Shown here piece after piece: positions 39,916 through 48,047 of a DNA stretch of 64,000 nt. Positions within the stretch are counted from its first letter, which is position 1; every line of letters begins with the position of its first letter. Source of the DNA: an uncultured bacterium (GTDB lineage: Bacteria; Vulcanimicrobiota; Vulcanimicrobiia; Vulcanimicrobiales; Vulcanimicrobiaceae); NCBI GenBank assembly GCA_964250245.1, contig CAXUFI010000001.1, positions 209-64,208 of the forward strand, given 5' to 3'. Made by a program: the position numbers and the translations under genes. The notes below the pieces were generated by a model. It searched no databases, was not told where the DNA came from, and saw only the letters and a list, made by a program, of their open reading frames with translations.

Positions 39916-41110
39916 GGGTCATTCGTTCTTTCGCGAGTTTCTCTCGCCCGAGCGCGATTGCGATCAGCGCGAACGTCGTGCAGTAGCAGGCTGCGGCCAG
40001 TGGAAGAGCCGCCTGCGTTCCGAAGCCCTTGACGACCCACGCGCTTATTGCGGGGGCCGCAGTACCGCCGACGGCAGAGGCGAACAGCAGCGTCGTCACG
40101 AGAGATGATGCCGCCGCTTCGAATTGCTCCGAGCCGATGGACAGCATCAACTTGTACATGCACGTCGAGGAGAATCCCAAAACGAATGTGACGGCGAAGA
40201 ACGCGCGCTCGTCATGGATCTGCGTCAATGAAAGCGTGCACAGCGCACCCGCGGTTACCGCCGTAATAAGAACCGAGCGGGGTGAAATTCGCGAGACGAG
40301 AACTGCCGCGGTCAGCAGGCCTAAGCTCGACATCCCGTAATAAGCGCTCACGATCGCTCCCGCTTGCGAAGTCGCAACGTGCAAGTCGGCATGCAGATAC
40401 GTCGGCGCCCATATCGTGAACGTATTCTGCCCCATCAGGTACGTAGCGAGCGCCATCCCGAACAGGATCACGCCGCTATATTCGCGTCGCTGCGCCACGA
40501 CCGGGGCCGAGGCCGCGTCCAAGCTTTTCCTCCGCCCGGTAACTCCCGGTAAGCGCACGAAGGCAACTGCCACGAGCAAGAGCACCGGCAGTACCGCGAC
40601 GACGATGTAGCCGATCTGCCAGGCAAAGTGCGCGGCCGTTATGGCGCTCGTGATGGCCGGAAAAACGAACCCCGCGCCACTAAACGCGCAGTCGGTTGCG
40701 AGAAACGCTACCGCGCGCACATTGTCACGCGCACTTTCCGCGATGATCACGGCGCCCGCAGAAAGCCCCGTGCCGACACCGAGCCCGATCAACGTCATAG
40801 CGGCAAACGCAAGTCCAAGTGTATGCGTCCCGGTCAAGAGTACCAGACCCACGAAGAACGAACCGTAGGCAGCGAATAACGTTTGTCGGATCGTTAGGTA
40901 TCGGAAAATAAAGAGACATATGAAAATGCCGCCGAGATTTCCGAAATTTAGATACGTGAATAGTATCGCCGTCGCGGGCAAGTCGGCATGAAAGTATTTC
41001 GCAGCCGGTCCCAAAATGATGCCGCTCTGCGTGAAGATCGCTGCAACGATGACATACGTGCCGACCGCTATCGCGAGCGCCGGAAAATTCCGAACGTTTA
41101 AGCGCGGCAA
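39899..41110 (-). CDS. MFS transporter
   Basis: 403 aa, about 12 hydrophobic segments. 17-nt overlap with the downstream hydratase gene. Confidence 0.8.
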   Translation of the reverse strand: MPRLNVRNFPALAIAVGTYVIVAAIFTQSGIILGPAAKYFHADLPATAILFTYLNFGNLGGIFICLFIFRYLTIRQTLFAAYGSFFVGLVLLTGTHTLGLAFAAMTLIGLGVGTGLSAGAVIIAESARDNVRAVAFLATDCAFSGAGFVFPAITSAITAAHFAWQIGYIVVAVLPVLLLVAVAFVRLPGVTGRRKSLDAASAPVVAQRREYSGVILFGMALATYLMGQNTFTIWAPTYLHADLHVATSQAGAIVSAYYGMSSLGLLTAAVLVSRISPRSVLITAVTAGALCTLSLTQIHDERAFFAVTFVLGFSSTCMYKLMLSIGSEQFEAAASSLVTTLLFASAVGGTAAPAISAWVVKGFGTQAALPLAAACYCTTFALIAIALGREKLAKERMTRVAST

Positions 41111-41278
41111 TCGCCGAGTTCCACAGGTATCGTGCTCGCACGGCAGCTTACGGCGCGGGCGTAGGTTTGTCGATTCATTGGGTGACTACTCCACCCGAAA
41201 GCGACAAAATACTGCCGACACATGCACCGTCGTAGGGCATTCCGCTGCCTGTTGCCGTCGTCTCACGCGACCGGCGTT

Positions 41279-42079
41279 TTATCGGGCTAGCGCATAGGCG
41301 AGTGGAATCGAGGAAAACGTTGCCAGCACCGCGGCAGCCGCGCCTCGCTGGCTCGCCAGACCGGGGACTTCCACCAGAACCGCGTGCGCGATATTGGCGG
41401 CCGTATACCCGGCTAAGCGAACCGCGATAAGTGCGGATTGCAACGCGGGCATGACTGGGTTGAACGCGGAATTTTCGGCGTAGCGGCCACGAAAGATCGT
41501 GCCGTCGTGCATCGACACGGCGACGCCGGCGAACGTACCGCTATACGGAGCGTAAGAGCGGCAAGCGGCGGCGAGCGCGGCGTTCACGAGTGCGCTCGCG
41601 GACTTTTCAACCAACTTCAGATCGGCGTGCGCGTGAAAGGGATCGGAAGCGCTTTCGACCGGCGGACAGAACGGCAGGGCCTCTGCGAGTGTTGCCTCAC
41701 GATCCGGCATGAAAATGGCGAGCTTGGCCGGGGCCACGAACTCGCGCAAAAAGTGGCGGCAGTAGCCGCAGGGCACCGCGGTGACGGCGAGTGAGACGAC
41801 ACCGGCTTCATCGTTAAGCCACGCGTTGTTCACGGCCGCGCCTTCGGCGTGAACCGTGTGGGCGAGGGTCTGCCCCGGGAATTCGAGGTTCATCCCGGCG
41901 TATAGCGCCCCCGACGTGCCTTCGGCGATCGCGCCCACGAAGCGGCCCGAGATCGGTGGATCGGCGTAACGGAGCGCCCAAGCGAGGAGCTTTCGCATAA
42001 GCTCGGGTTTGGTAATGCCGCTGGCGGCGACGCTTCGGGCGGAGACGACGCCGCGCGTGGCTGCGAGCCTCGGGATCAA
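41279..42079 (-). CDS. cdd: Cytidine deaminase, two-domain (homodimeric Cdd type)
   Basis: 266 aa. HAEGAAV...VPCGYCRHFL zinc motifs, plus the second pseudo-domain SYAPYSGTFAGVAV...GRYAENSAFNPVMPALQSAL. Confidence 0.8.
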   Translation of the reverse strand: MIPRLAATRGVVSARSVAASGITKPELMRKLLAWALRYADPPISGRFVGAIAEGTSGALYAGMNLEFPGQTLAHTVHAEGAAVNNAWLNDEAGVVSLAVTAVPCGYCRHFLREFVAPAKLAIFMPDREATLAEALPFCPPVESASDPFHAHADLKLVEKSASALVNAALAAACRSYAPYSGTFAGVAVSMHDGTIFRGRYAENSAFNPVMPALQSALIAVRLAGYTAANIAHAVLVEVPGLASQRGAAAAVLATFSSIPLAYALAR

Positions 42080-42666
42080 CGCGACGTCGACGTCAATGTC
42101 TCCTATCCCACCCGTCCGATCGGCGGCTCGGTCATGCAGTCGTCTTCCGTCATTGGAAATGAACGCCTTTGGGGTTGAGAGAGGCGCTACGAACGCTCAT
42201 CGGAGCAACATCGATGTAAAGCCTACGATGTCCGTTGGGAACCTGCGCGCGTGCCTCGGCCGACATGTTTGCGCTCGTACGACGGTTCATCGCGCGTATA
42301 GCGGTCCCGCGGTAATACCGGCGCTGCGTGTCGTTCTATCTCTCGGCGGAATCTGCGGAAGCGGCCTAACTCAGAGCGCTTCGCAACGATCATCGAGTGC
42401 CGCAAACTCCAGAAAAGATGTTGCATCGCTCGCCGGCTTAGGGCGGCTCCGTATTCCGAAGCCGATGCCCTGACGCTTACCGCATTTCCCGGCGCGCGGA
42501 CGTACGGACTCAAGAGGGTTCTACGGTTAACACGAAGCCGGGAACCTTCGGTTCTCCGGCTAACGTACGAACGCACCGCAGCCACACATTGGCCGGCCTC
42601 GCGCCGTATCGCCGGCACAAAAGATCGGTGGTCCGGACGCGCGTACCGAGTGAGACGAGGATCCAT

Positions 42667-43395
42667 TTGCTAGCGACACGGCGAGCGATCGCGCTATTCG
42701 CGAAGTCTCCGGTAGCGTCCGCGGTTAAAACTCGTCTCGTCCCTCCCCTCACGCAAGCGGAAGCCGCGGCTCTTGCGAGCGCGTTCCTCGAGGATTCGAG
42801 TGTCAACCTTATCGACGTCGCGGCTTCGCTCGCAGCCAAGGCGTGCATCTTTTACGATCCACCTTCTGCCCGCGACGCCATCCGCCGGCTCGTACCGGCG
42901 ACCACGCTTCTGTATCCGCAGGTAGAGGGCGACCTCGCTTGCCGCTTATCGAGCGCCTACGACACGCTCGCTCGCGAAGGTCTTACCGACGTCTGCTTCA
43001 TCGGCGCGGATAGTCCGACGTTGCCACGTACGTACGTCGCCGCTGCCTTCACCACGCTCGGTGCAGGCACCGACGCCGTCGTCGGCCCGGCTTCCGACGG
43101 AGGCTATTATCTGATCGGCCTGCGTTCCCCGCGCCCGCAACTTTTCGAGCGGATCGATTGGAGCACGAGTCGCGTCTTCGCGCAAACCTGCGAACGCGCG
43201 GCCGAACACGGCATCGCGCTCGCTACGCTCCCCGAGTGGTACGACGTCGACGACGTCGTCGGGCTTGCGAGGCTACGCGCGGAACTCATCGATTCGCCGC
43301 CACCCGGCATACGCGGCGAACCGGCACCGCGGACGAAAGCGTTTCTGTTATCCTTAATGGCATCCGACCGGATGCCGCGAGCTACGCTCACGTAA
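42667..43395 (+). CDS. DUF2064 / TIGR04282-family glycosyltransferase-like protein
   Basis: AIALFAKSPVASAVKTRLVPPLT...GDLACRL...GADSPTLP...VVGPASDGGYYLIGL...IDWSTSRVFAQT. The start (TTG 42667) is uncertain. Its 3' end overlaps the convergent rSAM gene by 8 nt. Confidence 0.8.
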   Translation: MLATRRAIALFAKSPVASAVKTRLVPPLTQAEAAALASAFLEDSSVNLIDVAASLAAKACIFYDPPSARDAIRRLVPATTLLYPQVEGDLACRLSSAYDTLAREGLTDVCFIGADSPTLPRTYVAAAFTTLGAGTDAVVGPASDGGYYLIGLRSPRPQLFERIDWSTSRVFAQTCERAAEHGIALATLPEWYDVDDVVGLARLRAELIDSPPPGIRGEPAPRTKAFLLSLMASDRMPRATLT

Positions 43396-44209
43396 CGCGC
43401 CCCGTCGGTTGTCGCTCGCCCGCATTCGCGGCGAAGCGTAGCATCGCGCGGGCAGGGATGTCGAGCGGCACGATCGTCCGCGTCAACAGATAGTCCGTGT
43501 CGAGACGCCCATCGCGGACGGTCGGCGTCGCGGGGCTCCAGTACGCGCCTTCGGCCGTCAACGTCAATTCGGCGGGAAGATCGTCGAACGCGACGTTCAC
43601 CCCGAGGGCGTTGTCGCGCGCTCGCCCGCGACCGACGATCGGTCGCACCACGTGATCTTCGTCGGGAATGCCGAGCGACCGGTGCAGCCGGCACAGCTGC
43701 TCGAGGTCGGGCGACTCCGTTTCTTCCACCGTCGACCCGATGCGAACGCGCAAGCCGGCGGCACGGAGCTTCGGTATCGCCGCCACGACGCTCGCGTAAT
43801 TGCCCGCTACGCGTAAGCCGTCGTTCGTACTTGCGTCGGCAGAATCCAGCGACACCTGTAGTGCGAGCGGAAGCCCGCCGAGCGGCTGTAATTCTGCGAG
43901 CAGTCGAGCGGTGAAGAGCGTCCCGTTGGTGAGCACGACCGTCGGTAGCCGCGATGCCAAGTGCCGCAGGATGCGCGGCATCGCCGGCAACATGAACGGT
44001 TCGCCCCCGGTTACGCCAAACGCGGTAAAGCCGAGCGCGACGGCCTCGTCGGCCGCTCCGACGATGGTGTCTTCGCTTAAGATGCGACGCGGTGCATCGG
44101 GCTTCGATTCGGTGAGGCAATAGCGGCAAGCGAGATTGCAATGATAGTTCGTGTAAAACCACAGCCGGCCACCGAGCGCCTCGGCCGCGATCGCCGCACC
44201 GACGTTCAC
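43388..44209 (-). CDS. Radical SAM protein (not ArsS-like; no Cys-rich C-terminal domain)
   Basis: 273 aa. CNLACRYC (CxxxCxxC) plus GVTGGEPF. GTG 44209 overlaps the upstream TGA (GTGA). Confidence 0.8.
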   Translation of the reverse strand: MNVGAAIAAEALGGRLWFYTNYHCNLACRYCLTESKPDAPRRILSEDTIVGAADEAVALGFTAFGVTGGEPFMLPAMPRILRHLASRLPTVVLTNGTLFTARLLAELQPLGGLPLALQVSLDSADASTNDGLRVAGNYASVVAAIPKLRAAGLRVRIGSTVEETESPDLEQLCRLHRSLGIPDEDHVVRPIVGRGRARDNALGVNVAFDDLPAELTLTAEGAYWSPATPTVRDGRLDTDYLLTRTIVPLDIPARAMLRFAANAGERQPTGRVT

Positions 44210-44700
44210 GCAAGCCCCACCGCGGTACAGAAACGATTGAGGAAGATCGTCGTTCCGGCAAGCGTCGCGAATTCGACGATCTGATCGTCGCGGAAGAACG
44301 GTTTGAGAAGCGGTACGGCTTCGGCCGGCCGCACGCACATCGCTTCGGCGAAAACCGATAGCGCGCGCTCGCCGGCGTTCATGCTCGCCGGGAATGCAGC
44401 CCCATACTGCAGACTCGCCACTTCTTCTGCATCGAGTCCGGCGTCGGCCGCGAGTTTCGCATGAACGCGCGTGCAGTAGCGGCATCCATTGAGCGCGGAC
44501 GTGCGTAGAACGACGATCTCCTTTAGGCGCTCGGGCAGCGCCGTCGGACCGTAGACGACCCCGAAGAACGGCATCGCAACTTCGAGGAGTTCGGGAACGT
44601 GCGCCATGAGAGCGGCGAGCGGATCTTGTTCGCCTTCCAGATATTGCTTTGCGAGCAGCGGCGCGTCTTCGTGGGCCATAAGCGGAATTACGTTAGCCAT
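44206..44700 (-). CDS. Carboxymuconolactone decarboxylase/AhpD-like family protein with a CxxC motif
   Basis: 165 aa from MANVIPLM. LRTSALNGCRYCTRVH is the AhpD-type CxxC. Resembles the peroxidase-like partner of TIGR04282/04283 clusters. Confidence 0.8.
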   Translation of the reverse strand: MANVIPLMAHEDAPLLAKQYLEGEQDPLAALMAHVPELLEVAMPFFGVVYGPTALPERLKEIVVLRTSALNGCRYCTRVHAKLAADAGLDAEEVASLQYGAAFPASMNAGERALSVFAEAMCVRPAEAVPLLKPFFRDDQIVEFATLAGTTIFLNRFCTAVGLA

Positions 44701-45500
44701 GCATCCTTCTGTATCTGAAATGGTGAAGTCAAGATCGCTGCGAGCGCGACATCTTCGTCGCTTCGGTACGCGGGCAGGCCCATCGTTCGCGCCGCACTGG
44801 ACGACGCGTCGTTCGTGAACGTCCCATGAATCATATCCCAAACGATGAGCCCCGACGACCAGTTCGCGTTCTGGAGCCGCTCGTTTGCGGCGTGATGGAT
44901 CGCGTGGACGCGCGGCGTTACGATGATACGCGCTAAGCGCTGCTCCCAACTCGCCGGAAGCCGCACGTTCGAATGGTGGAACAAAACGGACGCCGTGAAC
45001 GAGAGTTGCCAGAGCGAGAAGGCGAGCGGCGAGACGCCGATGAGCACGACCTGAAGTGCGCGATACAATATCGAAAGGGCCAGCTCGCCGAAGTGAAAGC
45101 GTAGCGCCGTCGTGACGTCCATGTCGCGATCGGTATGGTGCATCTGGTGAAAGCGCCACAGAAGCGAGGTGCGATGCGCGAGCCGATGCCATACGTACAT
45201 CGTATAATCGAGGAGCAGAACCGCAAGCAACGTCTCGAGCGCGAGCGGTAGCCGAACGACTCTGAGAAGCCCCCAGCGCTTGCGTTGCGCGATGACCGTT
45301 AGCCTGCGCGCGATCGGTGTCTCGATAAGCGCGACCGGTAGCGCGGCCGTAGCCGCCACGATCAGATTGCGACGATCGCGGAGCATCTTATTTTCGCTTG
45401 CGGACCGAAGCGGGCTGCGCACTTCGAGAATGAGGAGTCCGACGAGCTGCAACGCCGTAACGCCTGCGGCCAGCCCGGGCGGGAGCGGCCGAATGCTCAT
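44688..45500 (-). CDS. Fatty acid hydroxylase / sterol desaturase superfamily membrane di-iron enzyme
   Basis: 270 aa. His boxes HRLAH, HQMHH and HAIHH. Hydrophobic N-terminal half. Confidence 0.85.
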   Translation of the reverse strand: MSIRPLPPGLAAGVTALQLVGLLILEVRSPLRSASENKMLRDRRNLIVAATAALPVALIETPIARRLTVIAQRKRWGLLRVVRLPLALETLLAVLLLDYTMYVWHRLAHRTSLLWRFHQMHHTDRDMDVTTALRFHFGELALSILYRALQVVLIGVSPLAFSLWQLSFTASVLFHHSNVRLPASWEQRLARIIVTPRVHAIHHAANERLQNANWSSGLIVWDMIHGTFTNDASSSAARTMGLPAYRSDEDVALAAILTSPFQIQKDAWLT

Positions 45501-45514
45501 CGTAACGCTCGCAG

Positions 45515-46225
45515 GTGCGCGTCTCGATCGTCATGCCGGTTCTCAATGAGGCGCGCGCGCTCGCGCTGCGGCAGGCGGAATTGCCCGTGCAAGCGCCACC
45601 CTGGGAATGGATCGTCGTCGATGGCGGCAGCGACGACGGAACGCCGGAGATCGCGCGAACGCTCGGAGCACGAACCGTGGTTGCCGAGCGCGGGCGCGCC
45701 CGGCAAATGAATGCGGGCGCCGCCGTCGCGACCGGAGATGTCGTACTCTTCTTGCACGCCGATACCACGCTCGCGGCCGGGGCGCTCGACGAGATCCGTC
45801 GCGTCCTGCGGGACCCCGCGGTCGCCGGCGGAAACTTCACGTTGCGCTTCGACGATCCGGCGCTTCCCGCTCGGGTTCTCGCGGCGATCTACGCGCTGCA
45901 ACAGCGTGTGCTCGGCATCTGGTTCGGCGATAGCGCGATCTTTTGCCGCCGGTCGATCTTCGAGCGGTTGGGCGGATTTCCGCAGTTACCGATCATGGAA
46001 GACCTCGCATTCGTCGACCGGTTGCGTACCGCGGGACGAACGATCAAACTTGCTTTGCCGGTTATCACGTCGGCGCGAAGATATCGTGGGCGACTGTTCG
46101 CGACGAGCGTGCGCTGGATAAGCATCTATTCACTCTACCGCCTCGGCGTGGCGCCGAAGCGCCTCGCGCACTTGTATCGGCCACATTCCGAACCTACTTC
46201 GCGCCGTGAAGCCCATCGCCCGTAG
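45515..46225 (+). CDS. GT2 glycosyltransferase, TIGR04283-like
   Basis: 236 aa. VSIVMPVLNE, VVDGGSDDGT, ARQMNAGA, LFLHADT and PIMEDLAF. Its start is only 14 nt from the divergent hydroxylase start. Confidence 0.85.
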   Translation: MRVSIVMPVLNEARALALRQAELPVQAPPWEWIVVDGGSDDGTPEIARTLGARTVVAERGRARQMNAGAAVATGDVVLFLHADTTLAAGALDEIRRVLRDPAVAGGNFTLRFDDPALPARVLAAIYALQQRVLGIWFGDSAIFCRRSIFERLGGFPQLPIMEDLAFVDRLRTAGRTIKLALPVITSARRYRGRLFATSVRWISIYSLYRLGVAPKRLAHLYRPHSEPTSRREAHRP

Positions 46226-46332
46226 CACGCGTGCGTTTCATAAACTCCTTGATATTCGGCGAAAGCCGAGCTCGCAAGGAGCTTCGATTCTGCTCCGGAT
46301 TCTGCGTCGTGCGTTACGTTAGCGGCCCGCGG

Positions 46333-46361
46333 TTGACTAAGCAAGTGGACTAAGCTAGAGT
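46333..46361 (+). promoter_or_regulatory. Promoter TTGACT-17-TAGAGT ending 6 nt before ATG 46368, with an internal 8-bp direct repeat
   Basis: ttgact 46333-46338 and tagagt 46356-46361. GACTAAGC occurs at 46335-46342 and 46348-46355. Confidence 0.5.
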
Positions 46362-46367
46362 TGATGA

Positions 46368-46592
46368 ATGCGCACCGTCAACGTTCACGAAGCCAAGACG
46401 CAATTTTCAGCGTTACTTACGGCCGTCGTGGCGGGCGAGCAGATCGTTATCGCCAAGGCCGGGAAACCCGTTGCACGGCTAGTTCCGATCGAACAGCCGG
46501 CACAGCGCGAGCTTGGGATCGATGATGGGCGAATTTTCATCGCGGACGATTTCGATACGATCGTTCCAGCGGATTTCCAGCCGTATTCGTGA
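46368..46592 (+). CDS. Phd/YefM-type antitoxin
   Basis: 74 aa. MRTVNVHEAKTQFSALL...GEQIVIAKAGKPVARLVP. 4-nt overlap with vapC. Confidence 0.85.
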   Translation: MRTVNVHEAKTQFSALLTAVVAGEQIVIAKAGKPVARLVPIEQPAQRELGIDDGRIFIADDFDTIVPADFQPYS

Positions 46593-46984
46593 GATATTTG
46601 CTCGACACCAGCGCGTGGCTGTGGATGGTGGGCGCGTCAGGCAATCTCGGCGCGCAAACAAAGGCGCTTTTGCGCGAAGCGCATCATGAGTTGACTCTTT
46701 CGGTGGCGAGCGTTTGGGAAGTCGTTATCAAGTCCCAGATCGGGAAGCTCACCGTCGTTGGCGACACGGAAGACTTCATTCGATCCAGACTACGCTTACA
46801 GCAAATCACTCCTCTCGCAATCTCGCTCGAGCACTCACTGGCCTTGGGGCGCCTGCCTACGCATCACCGAGATCCATTCGATCGCATGATCGTGGCGCAA
46901 GCTCTCGTCGAGCGGCTCACTCTCGTGACTGCGGATCACCGCCTCGCGCAATATCCAATCGTGCTGCACGATGCCTGTTCGTGA
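46589..46984 (+). CDS. vapC: Type II toxin VapC (PIN domain)
   Basis: 131 aa. YLLDTSAWLW...SVWEVVIK...HRDPFDRMIVAQA...LVTAD. Confidence 0.85.
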   Translation: MRYLLDTSAWLWMVGASGNLGAQTKALLREAHHELTLSVASVWEVVIKSQIGKLTVVGDTEDFIRSRLRLQQITPLAISLEHSLALGRLPTHHRDPFDRMIVAQALVERLTLVTADHRLAQYPIVLHDACS

Positions 46985-47077
46985 AAACGCTCGGTAATCT
47001 ATCTTGAAACAAGCAGACGGATCATCGAAGCAATCTGCATTCGAGATCTTGGTGTGCTTGAAGTTTAGACATCGCTG

Positions 47078-48040
47078 ATGCCTGTCGTCTTAAGCCAACG
47101 TTTCGTAGCTGACGAGCCCAACCCAAGATACCGTGACGTCGAACGCGTGATCTATCACTATCCGCGCGTCTACTTCAAGCGAATCGTGCCCGACGATCAT
47201 TTCGTCTACTACCGGCCGGGGAAGGGATCGAGAGCGCCCGATGCCGGGACGTATTTTGGCTTTGGACGGCTCGGCGTTCCCTACGCCGATCCCATAGACG
47301 CCTCGCTGCGGTTCGTCGATATTAAAGGCTATCGGCAGTTTCCAATACCCGTTCCCGTGCGCAGCGCCGTTTGGGCCGAAACGGGAACGGCCACGTCACC
47401 GCAATTCCAGGCCGCGGTACGCGAACTCTCGACCTATGATTACCATCGCTTGCTTATTGCGGGAGGCGTGACGCTCGGTGACATCGAGACGCTGCCGACC
47501 GTTGACGATCTGCTCGATGGTCTGGTTAGCCCGCTGAGCTTAGCACCAAAGGACGCGCTGCGGACGGCGGCAGTTATTCCGGACGGTACTGGCTACGTTT
47601 GGCAAGGCGGGGCGATGCCGAACCTCGCCGAGAGTGCCGCATTACAGGAGCGCGCTCGAGCCGACCATCAGCGCGTCTTACGGCACATCAGCCGGCTCGT
47701 CGAAGCCCGCGGCGGCAGCTGGTTCTATAACAACAACATCGACCTTTACGCGAAAGTCGGCGAACAACGCGTCCTCGTCGAGGCAAAGTCACTCGCCAAC
47801 CCGGCCCGCGCTGTGGATCGGATGCGTTACGGCATGGGGCAGCTCTTCGATTACCGCGTCCGCTACGAAGCGGAAATCGCGGGTGCGGAGCCCGTGCTTG
47901 CGTTCGGAACGCCGCCCGAGCGACGCGACGCCTGGATCGCGAACATTCTCGAGGGAAACGGCGTGGCGCTCGTCGGCTTAATCGACGGGTCGCTGCGAGC
48001 GCTTAACCCTCGGGCGGAGCGGCTCGCAATCTTACAGTGA
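47078..48040 (+). CDS. Putative restriction-type nuclease: N-terminal beta-rich reader-like domain plus C-terminal PD-(D/E)xK-like domain
   Basis: 320 aa. N-terminus YHYPRVYFKRIVPDDHFVYYRP...YFGFGRL. C-terminus IDLYAK...VLVEAKS...GMGQLFDY (D...EAK). The family is not recognised with certainty. Confidence 0.55.
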   Translation: MPVVLSQRFVADEPNPRYRDVERVIYHYPRVYFKRIVPDDHFVYYRPGKGSRAPDAGTYFGFGRLGVPYADPIDASLRFVDIKGYRQFPIPVPVRSAVWAETGTATSPQFQAAVRELSTYDYHRLLIAGGVTLGDIETLPTVDDLLDGLVSPLSLAPKDALRTAAVIPDGTGYVWQGGAMPNLAESAALQERARADHQRVLRHISRLVEARGGSWFYNNNIDLYAKVGEQRVLVEAKSLANPARAVDRMRYGMGQLFDYRVRYEAEIAGAEPVLAFGTPPERRDAWIANILEGNGVALVGLIDGSLRALNPRAERLAILQ

Positions 48041-48047
48041 GCGACCC

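Larger units (their letters stand above)
42779..44700. repeat. Intact copy (R2) of the ~1.9-kb duplicated segment (see 30905..32790)
   Basis: Covers most of the TIGR04282-like gene, the radical SAM gene and the CMD-like gene. Direct orientation relative to R1. Confidence 0.8.

Noticed and set aside
43388-44209. Calling the radical SAM gene ArsS (arsenosugar synthase) because of its TIGR04282/04283 neighbours.
   Set aside because: It lacks the Cys-rich C-terminal domain and the CNQ.C.HC-type cluster context I associate with ArsS, and no arsM is nearby. The name would be guilt by association only.
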